Below, in pieces: positions 36,236-46,321 of a stretch of DNA of 64,000 nucleotides. Positions within the stretch are counted from its first letter, which is position 1. Every line of letters starts with the position of its first letter. The stretch comes from Vicinamibacterales bacterium. Lineage in GTDB: Bacteria > Acidobacteriota > Vicinamibacteria > Vicinamibacterales > UBA2999. The notes under the pieces were generated by a model. That model was not told where the DNA came from. It made no database searches and saw only the letters and a list, made by a program, of their open reading frames with translations. The DNA is taken from assembly GCA_050185275.1 (NCBI GenBank), contig JBFWZN010000001.1, positions 202,621 to 266,620 of the forward strand, in the 5' to 3' direction. The position numbers and the translations under genes were made by a program.

Positions 36236-38689
36236 ATGCCGGACCCGCTGGCGTCTCCCCCCTCACCTGACGCGGCCGCCCATGCCGACGGCCAGGCACG
36301 TGTCGGGACGCCCGCCACCACGACGACCGACCTCGTGGTGACGGGCATGACCTGTGCGGCCTGCCAGGCCAGCGTCCAGCGGGCGCTCACCCGGCAGCCC
36401 GGCGTCCACCAGGCGACGGTGAACTTCATGACAGGCCAGGCCCGGGTGGTGTTCGATCCGGCGCTGGTCGATCCCGTGCGGTTCGTGGATGCGGTGGAAG
36501 CCGCCGGGTACGACGCTACGCTGCAGGCGAGCGAGACGTCCGCGATCGCGGCACAGCAGGCCCACGATGCCCGGACGCGGGACGAGTACCACGCACTTCG
36601 GATGCGGGCGGTCGTCTCGGTGGCGACGGGCCTGGCGGCCATGGTGCTGTCCATGCCCCTGATGGCGCCGACGGGGAGCGCGGGAGCGCCCATGGGCGGC
36701 GACCCCTTCATGCACGCCGTGATGGAGCGTCTCGCCCCAGGGCTCGAACGTCTGGCCCCATGGCTGTATCGGGTGCCTCAGGCGTGGCTGACATGGACGC
36801 TGCTCGCCGTGACCGTGGGCATCATGGCGTGGGCGGGCCGGCGGTTCTACGGAGACGGGTTCCGGGCACTCGTACGCCGGACGCCCGACATGAACAGCCT
36901 GGTGGCGGTCGGCACCGGGGCCGCGTTCACCTACTCCACCGTCGCCACGGTAGCTCCCGGCGTCCTGATGCGCGCCGACCGCATGCCGGACGTGTATTTC
37001 GAGGCCGTCATCATCATCATCGCGCTGGTGCTGGCCGGCCGGGCCCTCGAGGCCCGTGCCAGGCTCCAGACGGCCGACGCCCTGCGGGGGCTCATTGCGC
37101 TGCGGCCGACCACGGCCCGGCGCGTCGAGGGAAGCGGGGTCCGCGAGATCCCGGTCGATCAGGTGCGCCGCGGGGACGTCGTGCTGGTCCGTCCCGGTGA
37201 GCGCGTCCCCGTGGACGGCGAGGTGGTGGAGGGCGAGACCGCGGTGGACGAGTCGATGCTCACCGGCGAACCCATGCCGGTCTCGAAGCGTCCCGGCAGT
37301 ACGGTCGTCGGCGGGACGATCAACCAGATGGGCGCGATCCAGTGCCGTGCGACAGCGGTGGGACCCGACGGCACGCTGGCGCAGATCGTCCGGCTCATGC
37401 GGGACGCACAGGCCTCTCGCGCGCCGATTCAGCACGTGGCCGATCGGGTCAGCGCGGTATTCGTTCCGGGTGTGATGCTGGCGAGCGCGGTGACCGTGGC
37501 CGCCTGGCTGCTGCTCGATCCCGCCGGCGGAATCGTGACCGCCCTGGCCGCCGGTGTGTCCGTGCTGATCATCGCGTGTCCCTGCGCCATGGGCCTCGCG
37601 GTGCCCACGGCGGTGATGGTCGCCACGGGGCGTGCCGGTCGCCTGGGCCTGCTGCTCAAGGGCGGCGAGGCGCTGCAGCGGCTGGCCGACGTGGACACCG
37701 TGGTGCTCGACAAGACAGGCACGCTCACGACCGGTGCCCCCTCGGTGGCCGCGTGCATGCCGGTGGCCATGGGCGAGCGCGACCTGCTCCTGCTGGCCGC
37801 CGCGGTCGAGCAGTCGTCCGAGCATCCGCTGGCGCACGCCCTCGTCACCGAGGCACGCGCCCGCGGGGTCGATCTGCCGCCCGTGACCGAGTTCCGGAGC
37901 GAGGCGGGCGACGGGGCCAGCGGGCGTGTCGACGGCCGACAGGTCATCGTCGGCCGGGAGGCCTGGGTACGGGCGGCGGGTGTCGATACGCGTGCGCTGG
38001 CGCCGTTCCTGTCGCAGGCACAGGCGCAGGCGTGGTCGGTGATCGTGGTGGCGGTCGCGCCCGCCGACGCCGGGGCCCGTCCCGCGGGCGTCCCCCTCGC
38101 GGGTCTCGTGGTGGCCGGCGCGATAGGCGTGGCGGACGTCATCCGGCCGACGGCTCGCGCCGCGGTAGGAGCCCTGCGCGCGGCGGGGCTGGACGTCGTC
38201 ATGCTGACCGGCGACCGTGCCAGCACGGCACGCGTCGTGGCCGATGCCGTGGGCATCACACACGTGGTATCGGACGTCAGGCCCGATGGCAAGGTCGCCG
38301 CCGTCGCCGACCTGCAGGCGGGAGGGCACGTCGTGGCGATGGTGGGTGACGGCGTGAACGACGCCCCGGCGCTGTCGAAGGCCGATGTCGGCATCGCGCT
38401 CGGCACCGGCACGGACGTCGCGCTCGACGCCGCGGACGTCGCACTGATGCGTCCCGATCTCCGCCTGCTGGGCGACGTCGTGCGATTGTCCAGGCGGACG
38501 ATGCGCACCATGCGGCAGAACCTGTTCTGGGCCTTCGTCTACAACGTGGTCGGCATCCCCGTGGCCGCCGGAGTCCTGTACCCGCGATACGGCATCCTGC
38601 TCAGTCCCATCCTCGCGAGTGCGGCGATGGCGCTCAGCTCGGTAAGCGTGGTGGGCAACAGCCTCCGCCTCCGGCGCACACGTCTCTGA
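36236..38689 (+). CDS. copA: copper-translocating P1B-type ATPase
   Basis: N-terminal heavy-metal-binding domain ([15 protein letters not shown]). TGEP, the CPC transmembrane metal site ([13 protein letters not shown]), DKTGTLT, SEHPLA, and the hinge [11 protein letters not shown]. Confidence 0.93.
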   Translation: MPDPLASPPSPDAAAHADGQARVGTPATTTTDLVVTGMTCAACQASVQRALTRQPGVHQATVNFMTGQARVVFDPALVDPVRFVDAVEAAGYDATLQASETSAIAAQQAHDARTRDEYHALRMRAVVSVATGLAAMVLSMPLMAPTGSAGAPMGGDPFMHAVMERLAPGLERLAPWLYRVPQAWLTWTLLAVTVGIMAWAGRRFYGDGFRALVRRTPDMNSLVAVGTGAAFTYSTVATVAPGVLMRADRMPDVYFEAVIIIIALVLAGRALEARARLQTADALRGLIALRPTTARRVEGSGVREIPVDQVRRGDVVLVRPGERVPVDGEVVEGETAVDESMLTGEPMPVSKRPGSTVVGGTINQMGAIQCRATAVGPDGTLAQIVRLMRDAQASRAPIQHVADRVSAVFVPGVMLASAVTVAAWLLLDPAGGIVTALAAGVSVLIIACPCAMGLAVPTAVMVATGRAGRLGLLLKGGEALQRLADVDTVVLDKTGTLTTGAPSVAACMPVAMGERDLLLLAAAVEQSSEHPLAHALVTEARARGVDLPPVTEFRSEAGDGASGRVDGRQVIVGREAWVRAAGVDTRALAPFLSQAQAQAWSVIVVAVAPADAGARPAGVPLAGLVVAGAIGVADVIRPTARAAVGALRAAGLDVVMLTGDRASTARVVADAVGITHVVSDVRPDGKVAAVADLQAGGHVVAMVGDGVNDAPALSKADVGIALGTGTDVALDAADVALMRPDLRLLGDVVRLSRRTMRTMRQNLFWAFVYNVVGIPVAAGVLYPRYGILLSPILASAAMALSSVSVVGNSLRLRRTRL

Positions 38690-38749
38690 GCACCGTCCCG
38701 GTCACGCGCTGCGGCCCGCGCGCACGGCGCCGCTCCCGGGGGGCAGGCA

Positions 38750-39532
38750 CTAGGGTGTGAGCACGACGACGGGCGCCACGACGGGCAGGTCACGCGGATC
38801 GCCCTCGTAGTAGACGCGCTCCAGGAACAGTCCGGCCGCCGGAGCCGTCAGCCGGGCCGGCAGGTCCGATCCGCCGGCGAACAGGCCCGGGACGTCCACG
38901 GCGGCGAGCTGGCCGCGCCCGACCTCGACCATCACCCCGACCAGGCGTCGGACCATCTTCCAGATGAAGTGCGAGCCCTCGATGTGGACGAGCAGGAGAT
39001 CGCCGTCCTCATGCACGCGGCACGACTCCACCACGACCTCGGTGGACGCCTCGCCTGGATCCTGATCGGAGAAGGCGCGGAAGTCGTGACGGCCTTCGAA
39101 CAGGGCGGCGACCTCGCGCATGCGCTCGACGTCGAGCGGGTCCTTCACCCACCAGACGAACGGCTTGCCGAACGCGGTACGCCGTCGTGCGATCACGTAC
39201 ACGTAGCTGCGGGCGATGGCGGAATGCCGCGCGTGGAAACGGTGCGGTACGATCGCCACCTGCAGGATGTTGATGTCGGAGGGCAGCTGCTCGTTGAGCC
39301 GGCGCCGAAGCGTCTCGGGTGGCAGGGTCGTGCCGACGTCCAGGTGTGCCACCTGCGCCAGCGCGTGGACGCCGGCGTCGGTGCGGCCGGAGCCGTAGAG
39401 CTCGAACCGATCCGTCCCGCAGACGTCGCGGACGCTGGCTGCGAGGGCGCCCTGCACCGTGCGCGCATTCTGCTGTATCTGCCAGCCGCTGTAGCGCGTG
39501 CCGGCGTACTCGAGCGTGAGCCGGTACCTCAC
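38750..39532 (-). CDS. truA: tRNA pseudouridine(38-40) synthase TruA
   Basis: GTG start overlapping the upstream stop (GTGA). MRYRLTLEYAGTRYSGWQIQ and the catalytic GSGRTDAGVHA. Confidence 0.9.
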   Translation of the reverse strand: MRYRLTLEYAGTRYSGWQIQQNARTVQGALAASVRDVCGTDRFELYGSGRTDAGVHALAQVAHLDVGTTLPPETLRRRLNEQLPSDINILQVAIVPHRFHARHSAIARSYVYVIARRRTAFGKPFVWWVKDPLDVERMREVAALFEGRHDFRAFSDQDPGEASTEVVVESCRVHEDGDLLLVHIEGSHFIWKMVRRLVGVMVEVGRGQLAAVDVPGLFAGGSDLPARLTAPAAGLFLERVYYEGDPRDLPVVAPVVVLTP

Positions 39533-42285
39533 CGCGCGGCGCGCATACGGGCCAGGAGCTCACCGAGCCGGCGGATCTCTTCGCCGTAGCGTGCCCAGTC
39601 GCCGTTCCGCTGAGCCTCCATCGCGCTGTCGTAGCGCTGCTGGGCTTCCGCAGAGAGGGAGGCGAGCGTGTTCGTTCCCATGGAGGGCGGCGGGGTCCCG
39701 GCGCCTGGTGCCAGGGGTTCCTCCGTTACCGCGCCGAGGGCCGCGTCCTCCGAGACGGGTTCGGCCGGCAGGGACGCGCGGCCCTCGAAGAGGCGGACGA
39801 GTGCCGCATCCAGCGTGGGCTCCATGACGATCTGGTTGTTGTACGCCGCGATCACGCGCGTCAGTTCGGGAATCCGTCCCCCGGACGCGCGGAGGTAAAG
39901 CGGCCGCACGTAGATGAGCGACTCCTCGATCGGGATGACCATCAGGGTTCCCCAGATCACCTCGGAGCCCTGCTGGTTCCAGAGGGTGATCTGCGGTGCG
40001 ATGGTCTGGTCCTGACTGATCCGGGCCACGACCTGACGGGGCCCGAACACCAGCTTCTGCTTGGGGAACTGGAAGACGCGGAGGCGGCCGTAGTGTTCAC
40101 CGTCGCTGCGGGCGACGAGCCACGCCGCCAGGTTGTCACGGCGTCGCGGCGTGAAGGGCAGCATCTGGATGAACTCGGGTTCCGGTTCACCCGGCAGCCG
40201 CATGATGGTGTAGTAGGGCAGCATGGAACGGGTCTCGCCGCCGTCGTCGAGCGCCGGGATCTCCCACTGGTCCTCCCGGTTGTAGAAGACCGCGGGCTGC
40301 GTCATGTGGTACGTCGCGAAGACCGATGACTGCAGCGCGAAGATGTCCTCGGGGTACCGGACGTGCGCCCGCAGCGCCGACGGCATCTGGTCGAGCGGGG
40401 TGAAGACGCCCGGGAAGATGCGCGCGTACGTGGCGAGGATGGGGTCCTCCGCATCGGCCGCGTAGATCGTCGTCGTGCCATGGTAGGCATCGACCACGAA
40501 CTTCACGGAGTTGCGGATGTAGTTGAGCCCGCGCCCGGCGAAGGAGCTGTAGGGATACTGGTCGCTGGTCGTGTAGGCATCCAGGATCCAGTAGAGGCGG
40601 CCATCGACGACCACCATGTACGGGTCCTGATCGAAGGCCAGGAACGGCGCGAGCAGCCGGACGCGTTCGCGGATGTTGCGGTTGAAGAGGATCCGGCTCT
40701 CAGGCCCGATGTCGTCGCTGAGGAGGAGCTGGTACGACCCGAAGCGGAGGGCGAACACGACCTTTCGCCAGAGCGAGTCGAGCAGCAGTCCACCAGTGCC
40801 GTCGTACTGGGTGAAGACGTTGTCGTCGCCCCGCGGGTAGTGGAACTCGCGCGTCGCGGTGTTCACGATCACGTAGTCGTTGGAGAGCTCCCCGTAGTAG
40901 ATGCTCGGTTCGTCGATCGTGATGTCCGCCGTGGTCGTGGGGGGCAGATCCTGGACGAAGAGCACCGGAAGCCCCTCTTCGGTGACCTGGTTCACCGGAC
41001 CCAGCGTCAGCCCGTATCCGTGCGTGAATGTCAGGCGCTCGTTCACCCACGTGAGGTTGGGCAGCGCGGACGAGTTCAGCTCCCGAGGCGACAGCATGAC
41101 CTGACGCAGGCGTCCGTCGATGGTGTACCGGTCGTTGTCCACCGAGACGAAGTCGTAGTACGTCCGGATCTCCTGGATCTGCCCGAACGTCTGCAACAGC
41201 GGCTGGTGGTCCCACAGCCTGACGTTCTCGAGCGTCTGGGCGTTGGCTTCGATGTCGTCCGCGGTGAGCAGCGCGTCACCCGAGAGTTCGCGCTCCTCGA
41301 CATCGTGCAGGTTGAAGGCGAAGCGTGTGGCGTCGATGTTGTGCTGGATGTAGGGGGACTCCCGCGTCTGCTCGTTCGGCGTCACCACGAACCGTTGCAG
41401 CAGGGCGGCGTAGCCCGCGCCGCTCAGCGAGACCGCCACGTAGAGGAGCGCGGCCACCGGGATCGGCCAGTTGCGGCGTGAGAACGCCTGCACGAGCGCG
41501 AGCCCAGCCCCGGCCAGGCCCACGACGGTCAGGATGAGGGCTGCGGGCATGCGAGCCTGCACGTCGGCGTAGCTCGCGCCCTGAATGATGCCCGACGGCT
41601 CGATGAGATAGCTCGCACGGCTCAGCCACGCCCCGGCGGCCAGCAGCACCAGGAAGACGCTGGCCAGGAGGGCGAGGTGGCGGCGGGCCCCCGCCGACAT
41701 GGCCAGCGGGCTCGCCTGTCCCAGGCGCAGGTGCCCGGCGGCGAAGTACAGTCCGCCGGAGGCCAGGGCGGCGAGGACGAGGAGTGCCTGCGCGAGGCCA
41801 AGCGCCAGCCGGTAGAAGGGCAGTGAGAAGACGTAGAACGAGGCCTCGAGACCGAGGATGGGGTCGGTCCTGCCGAACGGCGCCGCGAACCACCAGCCGA
41901 GCCAGCGCTCCCATTGGCCGGATGCGAGCAGACCCACGAGCACCGCGATGACCAGCGCCAGCACGTTGCCAATGCCCGTCAGGCGCTGGCGCGATGCCGA
42001 GATGGTGACCTCGCCCCGGGCGCCCATGAGGAAATGCGCGGTGCCGGTGGGATGGGTCACGGTCGTGACGGCGTGCCGGAGATTCAGGGTGAGCCAGATC
42101 ATCCCGGTCACGAAGACCACCGTGAAGACCAGGCCCTGGGCCCGCAGCATGGTGGCGTAGAGCGTGGAGAAGCCAACCTCCCTGAACCAGAGCCAGTCGG
42201 TGTACAAGCCCAGGAGTGAGGGCCCGGTCATGATGAGGCCGAGGACGAGGACGGCAAGCAGGGCGGGCAGCGGGAGGGTTCTCAT
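39529..42285 (-). CDS. UPF0182-family large integral membrane protein
   Basis: Start at internal MRTLPLPALLAVLVLGLIM. The family-typical LYTDWLWFREVGFSTLYATML is followed by about 7 TM helices and a large soluble region. ATGA overlap with the WYL gene. Confidence 0.85.
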   Translation of the reverse strand: MRTLPLPALLAVLVLGLIMTGPSLLGLYTDWLWFREVGFSTLYATMLRAQGLVFTVVFVTGMIWLTLNLRHAVTTVTHPTGTAHFLMGARGEVTISASRQRLTGIGNVLALVIAVLVGLLASGQWERWLGWWFAAPFGRTDPILGLEASFYVFSLPFYRLALGLAQALLVLAALASGGLYFAAGHLRLGQASPLAMSAGARRHLALLASVFLVLLAAGAWLSRASYLIEPSGIIQGASYADVQARMPAALILTVVGLAGAGLALVQAFSRRNWPIPVAALLYVAVSLSGAGYAALLQRFVVTPNEQTRESPYIQHNIDATRFAFNLHDVEERELSGDALLTADDIEANAQTLENVRLWDHQPLLQTFGQIQEIRTYYDFVSVDNDRYTIDGRLRQVMLSPRELNSSALPNLTWVNERLTFTHGYGLTLGPVNQVTEEGLPVLFVQDLPPTTTADITIDEPSIYYGELSNDYVIVNTATREFHYPRGDDNVFTQYDGTGGLLLDSLWRKVVFALRFGSYQLLLSDDIGPESRILFNRNIRERVRLLAPFLAFDQDPYMVVVDGRLYWILDAYTTSDQYPYSSFAGRGLNYIRNSVKFVVDAYHGTTTIYAADAEDPILATYARIFPGVFTPLDQMPSALRAHVRYPEDIFALQSSVFATYHMTQPAVFYNREDQWEIPALDDGGETRSMLPYYTIMRLPGEPEPEFIQMLPFTPRRRDNLAAWLVARSDGEHYGRLRVFQFPKQKLVFGPRQVVARISQDQTIAPQITLWNQQGSEVIWGTLMVIPIEESLIYVRPLYLRASGGRIPELTRVIAAYNNQIVMEPTLDAALVRLFEGRASLPAEPVSEDAALGAVTEEPLAPGAGTPPPSMGTNTLASLSAEAQQRYDSAMEAQRNGDWARYGEEIRRLGELLARMRAAR

Positions 42286-43331
42286 GTGGCAAGCATCCGC
42301 GTCCTGCGGCCGCGCGTGCGCGCGCCGGGCCCTGGCGACGCGCCTTCGCCGCCGGCGTAGCGCTTCGCGGCCTCGTGAAGGTCCCGTTCGATGTCTGCGA
42401 CAAGCGCTGGCGGGGCGGCGACGCGCACGTGAGCGCCCCAGCCCAGGACCCAGCTTCGCAGCGCCCAATCGTGGCACACTCGCATCGTCAGAGCCAGCCC
42501 GCCCCCCGGCAGGTCTCGGATCTCCTGCGAGGGATGCCAGACGCGGGCTCTTACGTAGCCGGCCGCTTCGGGTGCGAACTCCAGTTCGACGGTGACGGCC
42601 GGGCCCGTGTTGACGCCCAGCGAGTTGCCGAACACGTCGCCAGCCACATCGCGCTCCGGCACGAAGGTCTGCTTCTCGAGTGACACGGATACGATCCGTG
42701 AGACCGCGAACGTGCGCACGTCCTGATACTCCGGCACGAATGCCAGCAGGTACAGCGCACCCTGCGCGAACGCCAGCCGGTAGGCGTGCACGAGATAGTC
42801 CTTCTCACGGGCGCTCGAGAACGAGTGGTAGCGCATCCTGGCCACACGCCGCTGCAACGAGGCTTCGAGCAGCCGCGCGACCACGTCCGGTGACGACCCG
42901 CCATCGGCGGAACCGGGCACGCTCTTGGCGGAGAGCACGCTGGGCAGGAGGTCGAGGAACTGGCGCATCCGCGGGGAGAGCATCTTTTCGATGCGCTCGA
43001 AGGCCAGCCCGAGGTCGCGCTGGAACGGCGCCACCGCGACGGCCTCGAGCATGTTGCGGCCCAGATACAACGCGCAGAGTTCGGCCAGCGTGAATCCCGA
43101 CTCGAGCCCGCCGAAGGCCCGCCCTTCAATGCGCCAGCTGACGCGCCCGTGTTCGTCGCGCTCGTCGTAGAGCGGAAAGCCGGCCTCCTGGAGGGCGGCG
43201 AGATCGCGACGGATCGTCCGGGTGGTGACCTCCAGTTCGCCGGCCAGCGCATCGATGGACGCTCCGCGCCGGGACGACTCGAGCGCGTGGAGGATCTTCC
43301 ACTGGCGGATGACTTCCTGATTGCGCGGCAC
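42282..43331 (-). CDS. WYL-domain transcriptional regulator (HTH, WYL, WCX; YafY/PafC-like)
   Basis: N-terminal HTH (VIRQWKILHALESSRRGASIDALAGELEVTTRTIRRDLAALQEAGFPL). Central WYL-type region (VARMRYHSFSSAREKDYLVHAYRLAFAQGALYLLAF...RTFAVSRI). C-terminal extension domain. Confidence 0.85.
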   Translation of the reverse strand: MPRNQEVIRQWKILHALESSRRGASIDALAGELEVTTRTIRRDLAALQEAGFPLYDERDEHGRVSWRIEGRAFGGLESGFTLAELCALYLGRNMLEAVAVAPFQRDLGLAFERIEKMLSPRMRQFLDLLPSVLSAKSVPGSADGGSSPDVVARLLEASLQRRVARMRYHSFSSAREKDYLVHAYRLAFAQGALYLLAFVPEYQDVRTFAVSRIVSVSLEKQTFVPERDVAGDVFGNSLGVNTGPAVTVELEFAPEAAGYVRARVWHPSQEIRDLPGGGLALTMRVCHDWALRSWVLGWGAHVRVAAPPALVADIERDLHEAAKRYAGGEGASPGPGARTRGRRTRMLAT

Positions 43332-43431
43332 GGCTCATCCTACACCGCGCGGTGGGGAGCGCCGGCCCGCTGGCGACGTCAGGATGTCGTCGGTCAGTGT
43401 GTCGCCGACGAAGGAGGCGCATCCGCCGGTA

Positions 43432-43818
43432 CTAGAGCGTGCCCTTCATCCTGCGAAGTTCCCGACGGTGACGGCGGTCGGGCGTGCCGGCGGCCTCCGC
43501 GATAGCCCGGAAGGCCCGGTCCATGCGTCGGGCCTCGATCTCCTCGGCCGTGGGCGGGGGCGTGTGGTCCTCGTAGAGCGCCTTGGCCTCAGCCTTGCGC
43601 ACGTGCTGCTCCACCAGGGCCAGCACGACGACGTCCTGGTGGCGGCCAAACGGGCGGGCCACCCTGATGCGATCGCCCACGTGGATCACCCGGTGGGGTT
43701 TGGCGGGCTGGCCGTTCACGTCCACCTTGCCGGCCTCGCACGCACGCTTGGCCTCCGACCGTGTCCGGAACAGGCAGGACACGTCCAGCCAGACGTCGAG
43801 GCGTTGCGCGTCGGACAC
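43432..43818 (-). CDS. S4-domain RNA-binding protein (Hsp15/HslR-like)
   Basis: QRLDVWLDVSCLFRTRSEAKRACEAGKVDVNGQPAKPHRVIHVGDRIRV matches the S4 alpha-L motif. Confidence 0.8.
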   Translation of the reverse strand: MSDAQRLDVWLDVSCLFRTRSEAKRACEAGKVDVNGQPAKPHRVIHVGDRIRVARPFGRHQDVVVLALVEQHVRKAEAKALYEDHTPPPTAEEIEARRMDRAFRAIAEAAGTPDRRHRRELRRMKGTL

Positions 43819-43822
43819 AGGG

Positions 43823-44857
43823 CTACATCAGGATATCGACCGTGGCCCGCGCGCGCAGGGATTCGACGAAGTCCTGTGTCGCCTTCTGGCGACTCTGGTT
43901 CTCCAGGTACTCCCGGATCTGTTCGCGCACGTCCTCGAACGGGACCGTGCGGGCGGCCTGCTTCTCTGCGACGCGGATGATGTGGAACCCGAACTCCGTT
44001 TCCACCAGCTCGCTCGTCTGGCCGGCGGGGAGGGTGAAGGCGGCTTCGGCGAACGGTCCGACCATCTGCTCACGGGTGAAGAAGCCCAGGTCGCCGCCCT
44101 GCGGCGCGCTGCCCGGGTCTTCCGAGTGCTGGCGCGCCAGGTCTCCGAAGTCCTGACCGGCCTTCGCATCGCGCAGCACGCCCGCCGCCCTGGTGCGCGC
44201 GGCCTCCTTGGTGGCGGCGTCCGCGCCCTGGGGCACGCCAATCAGGATGTGGCTCGCGCGGACCTTCTCGGCCTCGAGGAACTGGTCGGGGTTCTCTTCG
44301 TAGAATGCCGTCACGGTCTCGGGGCTCACCGCTGGCGGCTGCCCGCCGAGCGACGCCTCGATCATCTTCGAGACCAGCATGTCGTTGCGGGTGTCAGTGC
44401 GCACCTCAGCCAGCGTCACGCCCTGCTGCTGCAGGGTCTGGGTGAAGGCCTCTTCGGTCGGGAACTGGCTGCGGATCGCGGCGATACGCGCATCGACATC
44501 GGCATCGGTGACGCTGACGTTGCGGGTCTTCGTCTCCTGCAGCAGGACGCGGTAGGTGATGAGCTGATCGAGGACACCCCGGTAGATCTCATCGCGCTGG
44601 TCCGGCGGAACCGAGGCGCCCGCGCGGCGCTCGATGGCCATCAGAGCCTTCTCGAAGTCCGCCTTGCTGACCTCTTCCCCGTTGATCCGCGCCAGGACTG
44701 CGGGGAGCTCAGCGGGAACCGGCTTGACCGGCTCGGCGGCCGCGGGTGCTGCCGCCTCGGCCTGCCCTGGCTCCTGTTCGAGGTTGGCCGCAGCAGGCCT
44801 GTCCTTTGAGCAGGCGACGAAGATGAGCGCGACGAGCAGCGGAAACAGTCGGAGCAC
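43823..44857 (-). CDS. peptidylprolyl isomerase, parvulin (PpiC) type, SurA/PrsA-like lipoprotein
   Basis: GTG start at 44857 with GGAG 7 nt upstream. Lipobox-like LLVALIFVACS. Parvulin domain ASHILI...GGDLGFFTREQMVGPFAEAAF...SELVETEFGFHIIRV. The listed ORF extends 28 codons further upstream. Confidence 0.85.
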   Translation of the reverse strand: MLRLFPLLVALIFVACSKDRPAAANLEQEPGQAEAAAPAAAEPVKPVPAELPAVLARINGEEVSKADFEKALMAIERRAGASVPPDQRDEIYRGVLDQLITYRVLLQETKTRNVSVTDADVDARIAAIRSQFPTEEAFTQTLQQQGVTLAEVRTDTRNDMLVSKMIEASLGGQPPAVSPETVTAFYEENPDQFLEAEKVRASHILIGVPQGADAATKEAARTRAAGVLRDAKAGQDFGDLARQHSEDPGSAPQGGDLGFFTREQMVGPFAEAAFTLPAGQTSELVETEFGFHIIRVAEKQAARTVPFEDVREQIREYLENQSRQKATQDFVESLRARATVDILM

Positions 44858-45179
44858 GGTAACTCCAAGAGAGGAGGGACGAGGGTGGGGACGCAGGCCC
44901 GTCGAGCGCGAGCGGGGATGGTCCGGGTGTCGAGTCTGCACGGGGTTGCGACGACAAGAGTACGTCGGGCCTTCGTGTCGGTCAATCCGGACGGTCGCGT
45001 GGGCCTCGGGCCGTGCTGAACGGCTGGGGTGCGTGTTATACTTCCGGGTCTTGCCGTCGCGTGGCCGTGCCGCGCGGTGATGCGCAAACCAGGCGTGTGC
45101 AGGAAAACAGGAGTGTGGCGTCAGATGACGGCACGCGTCGCGGTGGACCTGAGGGTCGGCCGTCCTGTGATTACGGTGT

Positions 45180-45255
45180 GCCGAGGTAGCTCAGCTGGTA
45201 GAGCACGTGACTGAAAATCACGGTGTCGGCGGTTCGATTCCGTCCCTCGGCACCA
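45180..45255 (+). tRNA. tRNA-Phe (anticodon GAA), CCA encoded
   Basis: GCCGAGG acceptor, D-arm GCTCAGCTGGTAGAGC, anticodon stem CGTGA/TCACG with loop CTGAAAA, T-arm GGCGGTTCGATTCCGTC, then CCTCGGCACCA. Confidence 0.93.
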
Positions 45256-45321
45256 CTCTCTTCCCGCCCCTTCCATCATTCCTCCCGCCCCACTCCCTGG
45301 CCGCCCTTTCGGCTCCAGCGT

Positions 45322-45376
45322 CCTGCTGTCGACTCCGCCTGCCGGACGCCTGCTGCCGACTCGTGCCGCCGGACGC
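45322..45376. repeat. imperfect tandem duplication of about 27-28 nt downstream of tRNA-Phe
   Basis: CCTGCTGTCGACTCCGCCTGCCGGACGC is immediately followed by CCTGCTGCCGACTCGTGCCGCCGGACGC. Confidence 0.5.
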
Positions 45377-45468
45377 CTCGCATGTGGCCGCCGACCCACG
45401 ACGCCCGGCACGGGCGAGGCGATCCATCCGGCCAGTGCCCGGCTGGTGCCGGCCACGTCAGCTGCCCC

Positions 45469-46296
45469 TCAGCGACCGGCGTCGAATGCCAGTGCCATCT
45501 GCGTGGCGGGCACGCTGAACTCCCGGATGTCGGCGGTGTCGGGCCGTTCGGTACCGGTGTAGGCGGGGCTGAGGGTGGTCGTGCCGCCGGGTGTCACGCG
45601 CAAGGTGTGCGTCTGGCGTCCGTACTGCTCGTGCCAGACGGTGAGGGTGTGGGTGCCTGCGGGGACGTTCGTGATCCGGAAGCGGCCCGAGGGCGCGCTG
45701 ACCGCGAAGTAGGCATGCGGCACGACGCCCACGTACGCGACCATCCAGTTGTGGATGTCGCACCGCAGGCGCACCATCACTTCCTCTCGGGCCACCGGCA
45801 GGCGCGTCACCATCCCGGTGACCGGTTGGCTGACGTTGAACGTATTGCCCTTCGACGTGATGCTGTGGACGTTGTGCCCGGTGTGATCGCTGTTACGCAC
45901 CTGCAGCACCTGCCCGATCTGCACCCCCAGGACACGAGGAACGAAGAGGCATCCCTGCTGGTCGAGCGTCACCGGCTGGCCAGGCGCCGGAGCAGCTGGC
46001 AGATCCCCTGAGAGGTAGACGAACGCGTTGGCGAGTCCGCCGTCGGCGCTGCGGACGACGGTCTCCTGGACGGGCCGTCCGCCCCGGGCGCGCGCGTCGG
46101 CCGCACATGCCGGGTCGGCGCCCATCCGAATGATGCGGTTGGGTGGGGCAGGGCCGGTCAGCCGGACCTGGCCCTCGATGATGCCGGTGGTGCCCCGCTG
46201 CGCCTGGGCCGCTCCGCCGGACAGGACCGGCCACGCGAGCGCACCGGCAACCAGCACGAGAACCACGCGCCAGGCCGTCGGTCTCGGGTGATGCAT
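45469..46296 (-). CDS. secreted blue-copper (cupredoxin) protein with a C-terminal carboxypeptidase-regulatory-like domain
   Basis: Signal peptide. Candidate type-1 Cu ligands: HTGHNVH, then C-x2-H-x2-M (RCDIHNWM). C-terminal GRFRITNVPAGTHTLTVWHEQYG. Confidence 0.75.
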   Translation of the reverse strand: MHHPRPTAWRVVLVLVAGALAWPVLSGGAAQAQRGTTGIIEGQVRLTGPAPPNRIIRMGADPACAADARARGGRPVQETVVRSADGGLANAFVYLSGDLPAAPAPGQPVTLDQQGCLFVPRVLGVQIGQVLQVRNSDHTGHNVHSITSKGNTFNVSQPVTGMVTRLPVAREEVMVRLRCDIHNWMVAYVGVVPHAYFAVSAPSGRFRITNVPAGTHTLTVWHEQYGRQTHTLRVTPGGTTTLSPAYTGTERPDTADIREFSVPATQMALAFDAGR

Positions 46297-46321
46297 CGTG
46301 GGCTCCTTCCGCCGGGGGGCG

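Noticed and set aside
36263-38329. 688-aa minus-strand ORF opposite copA
   Set aside because: This is an antisense shadow of a gene with complete CopA signatures (CxxC metal-binding domain, CPC, DKTGT).
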